Of a DNA stretch of 64,000 nt, positions 1-11,819 are shown piece by piece. The stretch is from NCBI GenBank assembly GCA_041689935.1, contig JBDNFI010000012.1:5483-69482 (forward strand), written 5' to 3'. How positions within the stretch are numbered: position 1 is the first letter of the stretch; the number at the start of each line of letters is the position of its first letter. The translations under genes were made by a program, and so were the position numbers. The DNA is from Cyclobacteriaceae bacterium. Lineage in GTDB: Bacteria; Bacteroidota; Bacteroidia; Cytophagales; Cyclobacteriaceae. The notes below the pieces were generated by a model. That model saw nothing but the letters and a program-made list of their open reading frames with translations, was not told where the DNA came from and made no database searches.

Positions 1-392
1 TCACCCAATGTTAGTTCAGCAGCTAATTTCTCTATTTTGTTCATCCCATTTTGCAAATCTATCTGGCTCAAATAGGGCAGGGCTGGGATGGTATTTTTGT
101 AGGTCTTTTTTTTGCCAAAAAGATCCAAAACCTTTTTGCCAGTATTGAACTGCTTGAAAACCTCTATGCCCATTTTGGCACAAAGAGCTGTGATTTTTTC
201 TTGCTTCGGCCCAATCCACTGTCCGCCCAAATCTATTTTGTCTTTGAAACTAGTCTGCTGACTAAGCACTCTGCCGCCAACTCTGTCTCTTGCTTCAAGA
301 GTAAGTACTTGAAGCCCAGCTTTCTTTAAAAGGGATGATGTGGTAAGCCCAGACACTCCAGCTCCTATTACGATTACGTCGATTTTATCCAT
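1..392 (-). CDS. FAD-dependent amine oxidase (monoamine-oxidase-like), N-terminal part; continues beyond the left edge
   Basis: Absent from the ORF track because there is no stop in the window. The reverse-strand ATG at 392-390 gives MDKIDVIVIGAGVSGLTTSSLLKKAGLQVLTLEARDRVGGRV.... This contains a GxGxxG Rossmann motif plus the EARDRVGGR signature of flavin amine oxidases. The frame is open to position 1. Confidence 0.75.
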   Translation of the reverse strand, partial: MDKIDVIVIGAGVSGLTTSSLLKKAGLQVLTLEARDRVGGRVLSQQTSFKDKIDLGGQWIGPKQEKITALCAKMGIEVFKQFNTGKKVLDLFGKKKTYKNTIPALPYLSQIDLQNGMNKIEKLAAELTLG

Positions 393-490
393 AACTGCGA
401 AATAAAGCTCAAATTAGACAAATACCAGATTGTATGAAAGATGCCATAGAATAATTGAACGGGTCGCTTCAAAATTAGCTAATTTCGTAC

Positions 491-1165
491 ATGCAATTTC
501 CCGAAATATTGTTTGAAGATAATCATTTGCTGGTGGTCAATAAGCCAGCGGGATTACTTGTGCAAGGTGATGATACGGGCGATATTACTTTGCTGGACCT
601 TGCCAAGGAATATATAAAGGATAAATATAATAAGCCTGGAAATGTGTATATCGGACTGCCGCATCGACTGGATAGGCCGGTAAGTGGGGTGGTATTACTT
701 GCCAAAACATCAAAGGCACTGGAAAGATTGAACAAGATTTTTAAATCGCGGGAGGTGAAAAAGATGTATTGGGCATTGGTGGAGAAAAGACCAACTATTG
801 AAACAGGGAGGCTTATGCATTATCTAGTGAAAAATGCCAAATTGAATATAACCAAAGCCTACGTAACCGAGCGAACTGATTCAAAATTTGCTGATTTGAG
901 TTATGAATTGCTGCAAGAAGTGGGAGGTAAGTTTTTACTAGAAGTAAGCCCTGTCACCGGCCGGCCTCATCAAATTCGGGTGCAATTGGCTAGTATGGGT
1001 TGCTCCATAGTGGGTGACTTGAAGTATGGAAGCCCTAAGCCAAATAGAGATGCAAGTATTTGTTTGCATGCAAGGTCATTACAATTGATACATCCTGTCA
1101 CTAAGGTGGAGATCAGGATTGAAGCCGATCCTCCCGCCGTTTTCAAAGCATATTTGAAATCCTAG
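491..1165 (+). CDS. RluA-family pseudouridine synthase
   Basis: 224 aa with the HRLDRPVSG catalytic-Asp motif and a PHQIRVQL block typical of RluA/RsuA-fold synthases. No S4 domain. Confidence 0.85.
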   Translation: MQFPEILFEDNHLLVVNKPAGLLVQGDDTGDITLLDLAKEYIKDKYNKPGNVYIGLPHRLDRPVSGVVLLAKTSKALERLNKIFKSREVKKMYWALVEKRPTIETGRLMHYLVKNAKLNITKAYVTERTDSKFADLSYELLQEVGGKFLLEVSPVTGRPHQIRVQLASMGCSIVGDLKYGSPKPNRDASICLHARSLQLIHPVTKVEIRIEADPPAVFKAYLKS

Positions 1166-1179
1166 AACGTATTGCGCAT

Positions 1180-1216
1180 AAAAAAAGCCCTAATTCGTGA
1201 AAATTAGGGCTTTTGT
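1180..1216. terminator. Bidirectional rho-independent terminator between convergent rluA-like gene and atpC
   Basis: The sequence is aaaaaaagccctaatt-cgtga-aaattagggcttttgt: a 10-bp stem flanked by an A-run and a T-run. Confidence 0.8.
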
Positions 1217-1232
1217 ATGTATGCTTGAAATT

Positions 1233-1475
1233 TTATTTTGCGGATTCAGCCAATAGAATGAGTTTATTATTAACCACTTCTACCACACCACCATCTATTT
1301 GTACGGAATGAGTACCTCCTTTTGTCACGTAAGTTACAGGACCCTTTGAAAGAGAACTAATTATAGGGGCGTGATTTTCTAGTATTTGAAACAAACCGTT
1401 GCTTCCTGGAAAGGTCGCAGAGATTACTTCTCCCTCGAATACTTTGCTGTCCGGTGTGATTATTTCTAAAAACAT
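1233..1475 (-). CDS. atpC: F0F1 ATP synthase subunit epsilon (short form)
   Basis: 80 aa lying immediately downstream of atpD. It has the beta-sandwich N-domain pattern (ITPD...EGEV..A.FPG..G.F.IL..HAP). Confidence 0.85.
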   Translation of the reverse strand: MFLEIITPDSKVFEGEVISATFPGSNGLFQILENHAPIISSLSKGPVTYVTKGGTHSVQIDGGVVEVVNNKLILLAESAK

Positions 1476-1481
1476 GCTGTA

Positions 1482-3071
<1,590 letters not shown>

Positions 3072-3095
3072 TTAAATTTTACCTCAATATAAAAT

Positions 3096-4307
3096 TTATT
3101 TGTTCAAGACTATTCTAAAGGTAGTTCCTACATTTTCTTCGGAGTTTTTCACAGATATTTTTCCTTTATGATAAGTCTCGATTATTCTTTTCACGAGGGT
3201 TAATCCAAGTCCCCAGCCTCGTTTTTTGGTGGTAAATCCTGGTCTAAAGACTTCCTTTAATTTCTTTTTGGGTATTCCTTTACCGTTGTCGGTTATGTCA
3301 ATTACCACGGTTTTCTTATTTTCCTCTTTTACCGAAATGGATATAATTCCGATTCCACTCATCGCATCGACAGCATTTTTACTCAAGTTTTCTATCACCC
3401 AATCAAATAATGCCCTATTTAATGGGCAAATAATAGAGGCTGATTCTGCATCCAATGTTATTTCTACTCTACTACTAATTCGCGGTCTCAAGTAACTTAC
3501 CGTTTGCTTAATTACGTCTACTATGTTTTCTTTCAGCAGTACAGGAGCTGAGCCGATACTTGAAAATCGCTGAGTAATCATCTCAAGTTTGTATATATCC
3601 TTGTCGAGCTCTAGGGACACTTCGTCAGTCCATTGGCTGGGGTCATTTTTGATGTATTCCATCCAGGCCATAAGAGAGGAAATGGGCGTGCCCAATTGAT
3701 GCGCCGTTTCTTTTGCCAGGCCAACCCAAATTCTGTTTTGCTCAGCAGTGCGAGAATAGCTAAAGGCTAAATACGCCAAAAGGATAAATACTGAAATGAT
3801 TGAAAGCTGTATATACGGATAATATTTTAATCTGTAGAGCAGGTCGGAATCTTTGTAATAAACATATTGATATTCAAACGCCGTATCAGTTTCATCTATT
3901 TTTAAAGTGACCATTACGGGTTCATGTGTAGTTTGCATGATGGCTAATTCCTTCCGCAATTTTTCATCTATCTTACTTTGCCCTTGTGTACTGTCTATAT
4001 CTAGGTTTCGGTAGTATATAGGGTCACCCGATGAATTGGTTAAAATTACGGGTATAGAATTATTCGTTACCACAATTTCTTGAAACACAAACATTAAGTT
4101 CTCTTGGAAAGCTGAATTGGCTGTAGCCTCAATTGTACTAGCATAAAGACTTATTAGTCTTTCCTCACGATCCTTTAATTCATACACAAGTTGATTGGTG
4201 TACCAGATAGATGCGCCACCGATGACGACGGCAATGATGATCACCACCCACTTTACTTGGGTTCGGTTTTGGTATAAATCTATAAATTGAAAATTTTGGT
4301 TTTTCAT
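3096..4307 (-). CDS. Sensor histidine kinase (membrane-anchored, orphan)
   Basis: H-box ETAHQLGTPISSL, N-box NLSKNAVDA, G-boxes DNGKGI and GWGLGL. The ORF is open to 4367, but those extra 20 codons run through the terminator hairpin, so I chose the ATG at 4307 (MKNQNF...). Confidence 0.85.
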   Translation of the reverse strand: MKNQNFQFIDLYQNRTQVKWVVIIIAVVIGGASIWYTNQLVYELKDREERLISLYASTIEATANSAFQENLMFVFQEIVVTNNSIPVILTNSSGDPIYYRNLDIDSTQGQSKIDEKLRKELAIMQTTHEPVMVTLKIDETDTAFEYQYVYYKDSDLLYRLKYYPYIQLSIISVFILLAYLAFSYSRTAEQNRIWVGLAKETAHQLGTPISSLMAWMEYIKNDPSQWTDEVSLELDKDIYKLEMITQRFSSIGSAPVLLKENIVDVIKQTVSYLRPRISSRVEITLDAESASIICPLNRALFDWVIENLSKNAVDAMSGIGIISISVKEENKKTVVIDITDNGKGIPKKKLKEVFRPGFTTKKRGWGLGLTLVKRIIETYHKGKISVKNSEENVGTTFRIVLNK

Positions 4308-4352
4308 TTTCGCGCTAATCGCATTGAAGATAGATTCTGGGACGCTTAAAAC

Positions 4353-4384
4353 AAAAAAAGGAGCCAATAGTAGCTCCTTTTTTG
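4353..4384. terminator. Rho-independent terminator after the ABC transporter operon
   Basis: The sequence is aaaaaaaggagc-caatagta-gctccttttttg: a hairpin with A- and T-runs on either side. Confidence 0.75.
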
Positions 4385-4400
4385 TAGAAATTATAGGTGT

Positions 4401-5723
4401 TTAATTTTTCATAAATAGCCATTTGCCAAGGGTTTTGTAATTAACCTTGGTGCCATGCATTAATATTCCGATCCGGTAAATTCTTCCTGCAAACCAGATA
4501 GTGCCCAAAAAGCCTAGGACAAGAAGCACCATACTCAACGCCAACTCCCACGCTGGAACGCCAAATCCAAGCCTGCCGACCATTGTGATAGGCGATGTAA
4601 ATGGGATAATGGAGAGCCAGAAAGTTACTTGTCCATTGGGTTCATTTAGCACGAACATAAATAGACCGATAATGGAAATAATCAATGGGATGGTGATTGG
4701 AAACATAAATTGCTGTGCTTCGGACGGATTTTCGACAGCAGAACCAACCGCTGCGAATAATGCCCCGTAAAGCAAATATCCACCAACAAAATAGAAAAGG
4801 AATACCGAGATGATATAGACAAAAGGAATGTTATTCACCATTTCCATAATTTCAGCCACTTTAGGATTCGATGCAAAATCTTCACCAGAAGCCTGAGCCA
4901 CGTTTCCTGCTACTTGATCCATCATTGCATCGGACGGATTGGTCAAGCCAAAGAAACTGAATACCGCCATGGACAATACTGCAATGAGCGTAATCCAAAT
5001 GAGCAATTGGGTTAACCCCACAGAGGCAATTCCCAAGACTTTGCCAAGCATAAGTTGGAAAGGTTTCACTGTCGAAACCACAATTTCAACAATCTTATTC
5101 GACTTTTCTTCTATCACGCCTTGCATTACCTGTGCGCCATAAATAAAGATGAAAAGGTAAATGAGAAATCCTCCCGCGTAGCCTACTCCAAAGGAAAGAC
5201 CTGCGCTGCTTTCTACTTCTTCGCCCGTTTCACTTAGGTTGATAGATCTTACCGTAACACTTGTTTTTAACGCTTCTAGCACCGCTGGATCTACGCCAGA
5301 TTCTTTCAGCTTCATGTCTTCAATCTGATTTTTGATCGTGCTTTCCAAATCACCAATCATGGTAAGGCTGGGATTGGTTTTGGTATAAATGGCAATCCCA
5401 GTAGGTTCATAGATATCAAATTCAGGAAGATGCAAGATGCCAAAATCATCACTTTTATTTAGGTCTTCTTTTGCTTCATCTATGGTCATTTCTGACTTCA
5501 CAAAATAAAAGCGGGAGGTTTCGGTAAAATCAAATCTACCAGAATCATCTATCACTCGAACCACATCTTGGGTTTGAGTTTTCTGTTCATTAATTGCTAA
5601 ATAAATGAGCCCTCCCATTAAAATTGGAAATATTAATGGGGTAAGTACCGTGGCTATCAGAAAAGATTTTTTCTGAACACGACTTAGAAACTCCCTTTGT
5701 ATAATTAGTAAAACCTTATTCAT
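4401..5723 (-). CDS. ABC-2 type transporter permease (NatB-like)
   Basis: 440 aa with an N-terminal TM segment, a large extracytoplasmic loop and a C-terminal cluster of TM helices. It overlaps the upstream ATPase gene by 8 nt. Confidence 0.8.
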   Translation of the reverse strand: MNKVLLIIQREFLSRVQKKSFLIATVLTPLIFPILMGGLIYLAINEQKTQTQDVVRVIDDSGRFDFTETSRFYFVKSEMTIDEAKEDLNKSDDFGILHLPEFDIYEPTGIAIYTKTNPSLTMIGDLESTIKNQIEDMKLKESGVDPAVLEALKTSVTVRSINLSETGEEVESSAGLSFGVGYAGGFLIYLFIFIYGAQVMQGVIEEKSNKIVEIVVSTVKPFQLMLGKVLGIASVGLTQLLIWITLIAVLSMAVFSFFGLTNPSDAMMDQVAGNVAQASGEDFASNPKVAEIMEMVNNIPFVYIISVFLFYFVGGYLLYGALFAAVGSAVENPSEAQQFMFPITIPLIISIIGLFMFVLNEPNGQVTFWLSIIPFTSPITMVGRLGFGVPAWELALSMVLLVLGFLGTIWFAGRIYRIGILMHGTKVNYKTLGKWLFMKN

Positions 5724-6642
5724 AACTTTTCTCCTTTGCTTTAGCTATAAAAATATCATTGATGCTTGGAATCTTCTCTGTAAAAGAATGCACTTCTACT
5801 TTGCTGATCAACTCCTGCAGTATTTCATTTGGATTAGTGACAGTGTTAGGTGCTTTAATCAGTGATTTTCGGAATTCATTTCCTAACTCCTCATTCTCTA
5901 GCACTTCATAGTCAGCGGTTATTCCATTCAAAGAACCCTTATATTGTACCAAATACTCATTAGCTTTATAGGCACTTTTTATATCTTCAATGGAGCCATC
6001 TAAGATCTTACGAGAATGATTGATCATGGCTATGTGGTCGCACAATTGCTCCACCGATTCCATTCTATGTGTACTGAAAATGATGGTTGCACCGTTTTCC
6101 TTGAGTTCGAGAATTTCATCTTTAATCAAATTCGCGTTTATAGGGTCAAATCCAGAAAAAGGCTCATCCAATATTAGGAGTTTAGGGTCATGGAGAACAG
6201 TGGCGATAAATTGCACCTTTTGTGCCATTCCTTTCGATAGGTCTTCGATATTTTTATTCCACCAACCTTCAATTTCAAATTTCTTAACCCATTTCTTGGT
6301 TTTTTCGGTTGATTCCTTCTTGGATAATCCGCGAAGCATACCAAAGTAGATCAGTTGTTCTCCAACCTTCATTTTCTTGTACAAGCCACGTTCCTCAGGA
6401 AGATAGCCAATCATTTGGATGTGCTTTTCACCAAGTTTTTCTCCATCTATTAAGATTTCACCCTCATCAGCCATGATGATTTGGTTGATGATGCGAATTA
6501 AAGTGGTTTTACCTGCACCATTCGGCCCTAACAATCCGAAAATCGATTTCTTTGGAATGCTCATACTTACGTCTTGCAAGGCTCGATGTTTAGCGTAGCT
6601 TTTGTGGATTCCTTTTACTTCAACGATATTTTCCATTAACAT
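5716..6642 (-). CDS. ABC transporter ATP-binding protein (NatA-like)
   Basis: Walker A GPNGAGKTT, signature LSKGMAQK, Walker B LLILDEPFSG. Confidence 0.92.
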   Translation of the reverse strand: MLMENIVEVKGIHKSYAKHRALQDVSMSIPKKSIFGLLGPNGAGKTTLIRIINQIIMADEGEILIDGEKLGEKHIQMIGYLPEERGLYKKMKVGEQLIYFGMLRGLSKKESTEKTKKWVKKFEIEGWWNKNIEDLSKGMAQKVQFIATVLHDPKLLILDEPFSGFDPINANLIKDEILELKENGATIIFSTHRMESVEQLCDHIAMINHSRKILDGSIEDIKSAYKANEYLVQYKGSLNGITADYEVLENEELGNEFRKSLIKAPNTVTNPNEILQELISKVEVHSFTEKIPSINDIFIAKAKEKSYE

Positions 6643-6750
6643 AAATTTTTTGGATAATGTGAAAGTAGAAAAATATCGAAATCTAACCTATTTTATGGAG
6701 AGGAAAGGTTTGGGAGGATGTGGAGTGGAATATTTTAAGGGTCTTTGATA

Positions 6751-7641
6751 TCAATCCTTGTGTCTAAAAATAATAGAGCCCATGGCTACATTCACGTCGA
6801 AGTTGAGCAAGTTCTTGTCATCTCCTGTGTAATACTGATTGGCATACAGGTTTTTCGAAATTTCCTTAAAATTGGATGGTAGGGTAACTGAACAAAGCGG
6901 GGAGCTTCGTAATTTTATCAAAATAGGGGCATTTGTCAGGGGCATAATTACTTCTAATTTTCCAGCACCCACACTTGCAAATATTTCGCAACTGTTTTCG
7001 GCTTTGTCGGAGAAGTCTAGCAATAAAGACCCAAATCCTACATCTGCCTTGATATGGTTTGCTTTTGATTTATTGATTTTGTGAATTTCTAATGATCCCA
7101 AATCTACATTAACTAAAAAGCTATCCATTTCGACACGGTTGGCTTTCCCTGTGAGGTAGCCAACTTTCACATCCGCACTACCCGTGGAGATGCGAAGTTT
7201 CTCTACAGCGAGTCCGGATAAATCTAAATAGGCATTGCCAACGCCATACTGTAGGTCTAAGTCATAAGGTTTTTTGTCTGAGAGGTAGATGTTGTAATTC
7301 TGCTTGGTTTCGGATTTTTTTGATCCGAGCATTTTCAAGGCAAGTACATTTTCGGCTTTTCCGGTGCTGCCTTGTAATTTGAATTCGGCATGGAGAATGC
7401 CCTCCCGCAATTCTGTGCTCATAATTGGGTCTACTAGCTGTGGTTCAGCATTTCCATACACCATTATGTTTTTACTGGTATTGCCTGGGCGAATATAGCA
7501 GGAAGCAGATGGTGCGGAAAGACTGAACTTCACTCTTTCATAAGAATTATCTTCGTTTACCGCGAATTGAGTCTTTTTTTGTGATAACGCTGTAAAATGG
7601 ATACAGATAACTGCCAAAAATAATATTATCCTGTAATGCAT
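6751..7641 (-). CDS. Secreted beta-strand-repeat protein (DUF4097/toastrack-like), function unknown
   Basis: It has a signal peptide (MHYRIILFLAVICIHFTALSQ). It also carries repeated GSxxV/L motifs (GSADVKV, GSLEI, GFGSLLLD, GAGKLEV, MGSIIF). Confidence 0.5.
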   Translation of the reverse strand: MHYRIILFLAVICIHFTALSQKKTQFAVNEDNSYERVKFSLSAPSASCYIRPGNTSKNIMVYGNAEPQLVDPIMSTELREGILHAEFKLQGSTGKAENVLALKMLGSKKSETKQNYNIYLSDKKPYDLDLQYGVGNAYLDLSGLAVEKLRISTGSADVKVGYLTGKANRVEMDSFLVNVDLGSLEIHKINKSKANHIKADVGFGSLLLDFSDKAENSCEIFASVGAGKLEVIMPLTNAPILIKLRSSPLCSVTLPSNFKEISKNLYANQYYTGDDKNLLNFDVNVAMGSIIFRHKD

Positions 7642-7710
7642 ACCTGATAGGAACGGTGTGATGTAAATTCTGGTTACATTTTTTTAAATATAAATTACTT
7701 TTTGGGCAAT

Positions 7711-7738
7711 AAAAAATGGAACCTGATTTGGCTTCCAT
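7711..7738 (-). terminator. Rho-independent terminator downstream of dnaJ
   Basis: The minus strand reads aatggaagcc-aaatca-ggttccatttttt: an imperfect stem followed by a T-run. Confidence 0.6.
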
Positions 7739-7765
7739 TTTCTTCTTTGAGTTTCGTCCTGTTTC

Positions 7766-8896
7766 CTAAAAGAACTCTTTTATTTTTTCGAAGAATCCTT
7801 TTTCATTTTTCCCTGGGTCTGGAGCAAAATTAGGCGACTCTTTGAGTGATTCTAAAGTGGCTTTTTCTTCTTTCGAAAGCTGCTTTGGCGTCCATACATT
7901 TACATGTATTAATTGATCACCTCTTCCGTAGCCATTTAGTTCTTTGATACCTTTGCCTCTTAAGCGTAGTATTTTACCGCTTTGCGTTCCTGGTTCTATT
8001 TTTATCTTGACTTGCCCATCTATAGTTGGCACTTCTAGGTTGGTTCCTAAGGTGGCATCTATAAAGCTGATGTATAAATCGTAAACGATATTATTGCCAT
8101 CTCTTTTCAGTCTTTCATCTTCTTTCTCTTCAATCAAAATTAACAAGTCGCCTGCTACACCTCCTGTTGGAGGCATATTTCCCTTGCCTGTCATGGTGAG
8201 TTGCATTCCTTCACCTACACCAGCAGGGATTTTAATAGAGATTACTTCTTCAAGAGGTTTTAAGCCAGAGCTGTCCACTCCGGGAGGTCTTTTGTCGATG
8301 ATCTGCCCTGAGCCTTGGCATACTGGGCAAGTGCTGGAAGAGACCATTTGACCCAGCATAGTATTTACTACTTTGCGCACTTGGCCAGCACCTTTGCAAT
8401 GAGTACAGCTTTTATAAGTGACTCCTTCGGCAGTTACAAGACGACTTACTTTAATTTTCTTTTCAACTCCGTGAGCAATTTCTTCAAGGCTAAGTTTTAG
8501 TTTGATCCGAAGGTTACTTCCTTTACGGGTTCGTCTGCCTCCGCCTCCACCACCAAAGAAGCCGTCGAATGGACTTCCTCCTCCACCTCCGCCACCGAAG
8601 ATGTCACCAAATTGGCTGAAAATGTCATCCATTGACATTCCACCACCACCACTAAAACCACCGCCGCCATTGCCCATTCCAGCATGGCCAAAACGGTCGT
8701 ATTTAGCTTTTTTGTCGGCATTACTTAATATCTCGTATGCTTCGGCTGCTTCTTTGAATTTATCTTCTGCCGTTGGGTCATCTGGGTTTTTGTCAGGGTG
8801 AAATTTGATAGCAATCTTGCGGTATGCTTTTTTTATTTCATCCGCAGCCGCATTTTTGTCAACACCTAGTATTTCGTAAAAATCTCTTTTAGCCAT
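7766..8896 (-). CDS. dnaJ: Molecular chaperone DnaJ
   Basis: J-domain with HPDKNP, a long G/F-rich linker, CxxCxGxG zinc-finger repeats (CTHCKGAG, CPVCQGSG) and the C-terminal substrate domains. Confidence 0.97.
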   Translation of the reverse strand: MAKRDFYEILGVDKNAAADEIKKAYRKIAIKFHPDKNPDDPTAEDKFKEAAEAYEILSNADKKAKYDRFGHAGMGNGGGGFSGGGGMSMDDIFSQFGDIFGGGGGGGSPFDGFFGGGGGGRRTRKGSNLRIKLKLSLEEIAHGVEKKIKVSRLVTAEGVTYKSCTHCKGAGQVRKVVNTMLGQMVSSSTCPVCQGSGQIIDKRPPGVDSSGLKPLEEVISIKIPAGVGEGMQLTMTGKGNMPPTGGVAGDLLILIEEKEDERLKRDGNNIVYDLYISFIDATLGTNLEVPTIDGQVKIKIEPGTQSGKILRLRGKGIKELNGYGRGDQLIHVNVWTPKQLSKEEKATLESLKESPNFAPDPGKNEKGFFEKIKEFF

Positions 8897-8898
8897 AA

Positions 8899-9447
8899 TT
8901 ATGCTCCTATTACTACTCTGGCAAAGCGAATAACTTTATCGCCTAGCAAATAGCCATTTTCAACTACGTCCACAACTTTTCCTTTTAGTTCTTCCCGAGA
9001 AGCGGGTATTTGAGTAATCGCTTCATGAAGGTCGGTGGTGAATTCACTGCCTTCTTCTAGCTCCATTTTTTTCAAGCCTTTTTGCTCTAAGGTATTGATA
9101 AGCTTATGATATATTAATAAGAAGCCATCCAATGCAAGATCTTTTTCTTCTGAATTCTCAAATGCTTTTTTTGCTCTTGTAAAATCGTCAACTACAGGAA
9201 GAAGTGATTTGATCAACTCTTCGTTGGCTGTGCTAATTAAGTCTAATCTTTCTCGTGCCGTTCTTCTTCTGAAATTTTCAAACTCTGAGAATAACCTAAG
9301 ATGCTTATCTTTAACTTCTGCAATTTCTATTTCCAGTTGCTGTATTTTTTCGGCAGACTCATCAGTAGTTGATTGATTATCATTGGAATTTTCATCCGGA
9401 TTTTGATTTTCTGGATTATCCTGGATTAATTCTTCTTGCTCTCCCAT
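8899..9447 (-). CDS. grpE: Nucleotide exchange factor GrpE
   Basis: 182 aa, adjacent to dnaJ. The conserved block is RL.AEFENFRRRT.RE (here RLFSEFENFRRRTARE). Confidence 0.95.
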   Translation of the reverse strand: MGEQEELIQDNPENQNPDENSNDNQSTTDESAEKIQQLEIEIAEVKDKHLRLFSEFENFRRRTARERLDLISTANEELIKSLLPVVDDFTRAKKAFENSEEKDLALDGFLLIYHKLINTLEQKGLKKMELEEGSEFTTDLHEAITQIPASREELKGKVVDVVENGYLLGDKVIRFARVVIGA

Positions 9448-9554
9448 TATATGTTTTTTGAAATTTTGTCTACGTCGTTTTTATTGCCAGTGTGTGCAGT
9501 CTTAGGCAAGAGGTCAAATTGTTTGCCAAAGGAAATTTTGGTGACAATTTGGCA

Positions 9555-10544
9555 TTATAGCAATTGCTTCCAAAGAATGTCCTTTAGTTCGTTTACCCCA
9601 TCATTTGTCAATGAAGATATACATAGTTTTGGAATGTCAGTGGGGAGCTTTTTTAGTAGCTTAGCTTGTTCTTTTTCAGAAACTAAGTCTGATTTAGAAA
9701 TAGCTATTACCCTTTTTTTATCTAGGAGCTCGGGATTGTATTTGGTCAGCTCTCCCAGTAAGATATTATAATCCTTTTTCACATTTTCCGAGTCTGCGGG
9801 AATCATAAATAGTAAAATAGAATTCCGCTCAATATGTTTTAGAAATCTAATGCCTAGACCTTTGCCTTCAGCAGCACCTTCAATAATACCCGGTATATCT
9901 GCAACCACAAATGATTTTTCATCAAAATATCGAACCACACCAAGATTTGGAACAAGCGTGGTAAAAGGATAATCTGCAATTTCGGGTTTGGCGGCTGATA
10001 TTACAGACAAAAGCGTGGATTTCCCAGCATTTGGAAAGCCTACCAAGCCTACATCAGCAAGTACTTTTAGTTCTAAGATTATCCATTCTTCAATACTGGA
10101 CTCACCGGGTTGGGCATATCTTGGCGTTTGCTTAGTAGAGGTTTTAAAATGGTCATTGCCCATGCCTCCTCTGCCACCTTGCGTCAACACATATTCTTGC
10201 CCATCTTCGGTGATCTCAAAACGAGTTTCTCCCGTTTCTGCATCTTTCACCACCGTTCCTAATGGCACATCGAGTATTATATTTTTGCCGTCTGCTCCCG
10301 TTTGATTTTTTGACGAACCATTCACACCATCTTCTGCGGACACGTGCTTTTTGTATTTCAAGTGGAGCAATGTCCACAACTGGGCATTAGCACGCAAAAT
10401 TACACTTCCTCCTTTGCCTCCATCACCTCCATCCGGGCCTCCTTTTGGGACATACTTTGCCCGCATAAAATGAATGGATCCTGCGCCACCTGAGCCTGAG
10501 CGCGAGCAGAATTTAACGTAATCGATGAAGTTAGAAGAAGCCAA
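9555..10544 (-). CDS. obg: GTPase Obg
   Basis: FIDYVKF...[24 protein letters not shown]-domain and G1 motif GFPNAGKST. The track ORF starts at the ATG at 10601 and would overlap adk by 47 nt. A TTG at 10544 gives the usual (M)[10 protein letters not shown]-terminus and removes the overlap. Confidence 0.93.
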   Translation of the reverse strand: MASSNFIDYVKFCSRSGSGGAGSIHFMRAKYVPKGGPDGGDGGKGGSVILRANAQLWTLLHLKYKKHVSAEDGVNGSSKNQTGADGKNIILDVPLGTVVKDAETGETRFEITEDGQEYVLTQGGRGGMGNDHFKTSTKQTPRYAQPGESSIEEWIILELKVLADVGLVGFPNAGKSTLLSVISAAKPEIADYPFTTLVPNLGVVRYFDEKSFVVADIPGIIEGAAEGKGLGIRFLKHIERNSILLFMIPADSENVKKDYNILLGELTKYNPELLDKKRVIAISKSDLVSEKEQAKLLKKLPTDIPKLCISSLTNDGVNELKDILWKQLL

Positions 10545-10554
10545 TGTATTTAGT

Positions 10555-11127
10555 TTATAAGGAGTTAATAATTTTTGAAAGTTGGCCAAAGATATCATCA
10601 ATGGTGCCTACTCCATTTACCCTATGAAGCTTGCCTTGCTCAGCATAATGCTCAGCTACAGGGAAGGTTTCTTTTTCATATACTTCGATGCGAGTGGTGA
10701 TTTTCTCATCATTTTGATCGTCCACTCTGCCTGAGGTTTTCCCTCTTTCTTTGATTCTTTCTCGTAGCTCTTTGTGCGGAACTTCCAATGAGATCATGCA
10801 AGAAACAGGCGTTTCCTTTTTGTTCAATAACGCATCAAGGGCTTCTGCTTGAGCTACAGTGCGGGGAAAACCGTCGAAAATAATGCCTTTTACACTGCCA
10901 TTTTCATTGATCTTGTCATCCACCATGCCAATTACAACCTGATCAGGAACAAGATGGCCGTCATCCATATATTTTCGGGCTAGCAAACCTAGCTCTGTTC
11001 CTTCACTTAAATGCTTACGAAATAGATCGCCAGTTGAAATGTGAATGAGATTGAATTCTTCTATCAATTTTGCACTTTGAGTGCCTTTTCCTGCTCCAGG
11101 AGGTCCAAACAAAATTAAATTCAACAT
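10555..11127 (-). CDS. adk: Adenylate kinase
   Basis: P-loop [10 protein letters not shown] and the ISTGDLFR motif. 190 aa. Confidence 0.96.
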   Translation of the reverse strand: MLNLILFGPPGAGKGTQSAKLIEEFNLIHISTGDLFRKHLSEGTELGLLARKYMDDGHLVPDQVVIGMVDDKINENGSVKGIIFDGFPRTVAQAEALDALLNKKETPVSCMISLEVPHKELRERIKERGKTSGRVDDQNDEKITTRIEVYEKETFPVAEHYAEQGKLHRVNGVGTIDDIFGQLSKIINSL

Positions 11128-11158
11128 AGGTTTTTTTTGTTTTGAGAAGGCTTAGCCT

Positions 11159-11701
11159 TCATTCTTTCAATTGATATATATGATTAAGATTTCTGCCTAA
11201 ACCATCATAGTCTAGGCCATACCCTACCACAAATTTATTAGGGATTTCAAAGCCAATGTATTTTATATCCAAAGGCTTTTTCAATGAATCAGGTTTCAAC
11301 AATAAGGTAGCAACGGCTATACTCGCTGCTCCCAATTCTGCAAAATCCTCTAATATTTCTGACATTGTCAATCCAGTGTCTACAATATCTTCTATTATAA
11401 CTAAATGTCTATTAAATACATTTTCTGTTAAGCCAACAAGCTTTTTTATCTCACCAGTACTTTTGGTTTTGTGGTAACTTGCCACCTTGATGAAGGAAAC
11501 TTCAGATTCTATACTTATGTTTCTGACCAAGTCTGATGCAAAAACAAATGAGCCATTGAGAATCCCAACGAAGAGTGGCTTTTTGTCCTGATAATCCTCA
11601 CTAATTTCTTTCGACAATTCACGCACTCTTTTTAGAATCGTATTTTCATCCATATAGATTGAAAATTCCTTGTCTTTCAGCGTAATGAAATTGTTAATCA
11701 T
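11159..11701 (-). CDS. hpt: Hypoxanthine phosphoribosyltransferase
   Basis: PRPP-binding motif VIIEDIVDTGLT. The C-terminal block is VVGYGLDY. Confidence 0.92.
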   Translation of the reverse strand: MINNFITLKDKEFSIYMDENTILKRVRELSKEISEDYQDKKPLFVGILNGSFVFASDLVRNISIESEVSFIKVASYHKTKSTGEIKKLVGLTENVFNRHLVIIEDIVDTGLTMSEILEDFAELGAASIAVATLLLKPDSLKKPLDIKYIGFEIPNKFVVGYGLDYDGLGRNLNHIYQLKE

Positions 11702-11819
11702 TAGTTACAATAAGTTTTTTAGAGAATTAATTTGATTGATTCTTCCAATAAATGGCGAAATTACAAACTATTTGCAGAAGAACGATGTCCGAGTGTGATT
11801 AGATTAAAAGCGGGAGGAA

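Noticed and set aside
16-329. Track ORFs 16-219 (-) and 51-329 (+) at the left edge
   Set aside because: Both are overlapped by a much better reading frame: the minus strand from the ATG at 392, open to the window edge. That frame encodes a textbook FAD amine-oxidase N-terminus. The listed ORFs have no recognisable motifs.
8497-8801. Proline-rich 99-aa + strand ORF and 74-aa - strand ORF inside dnaJ
   Set aside because: They are shadow frames of the GGN-rich G/F linker of DnaJ (GGT/GGA repeats read as CCN, Pro, on the other strand). This is a compositional artefact.
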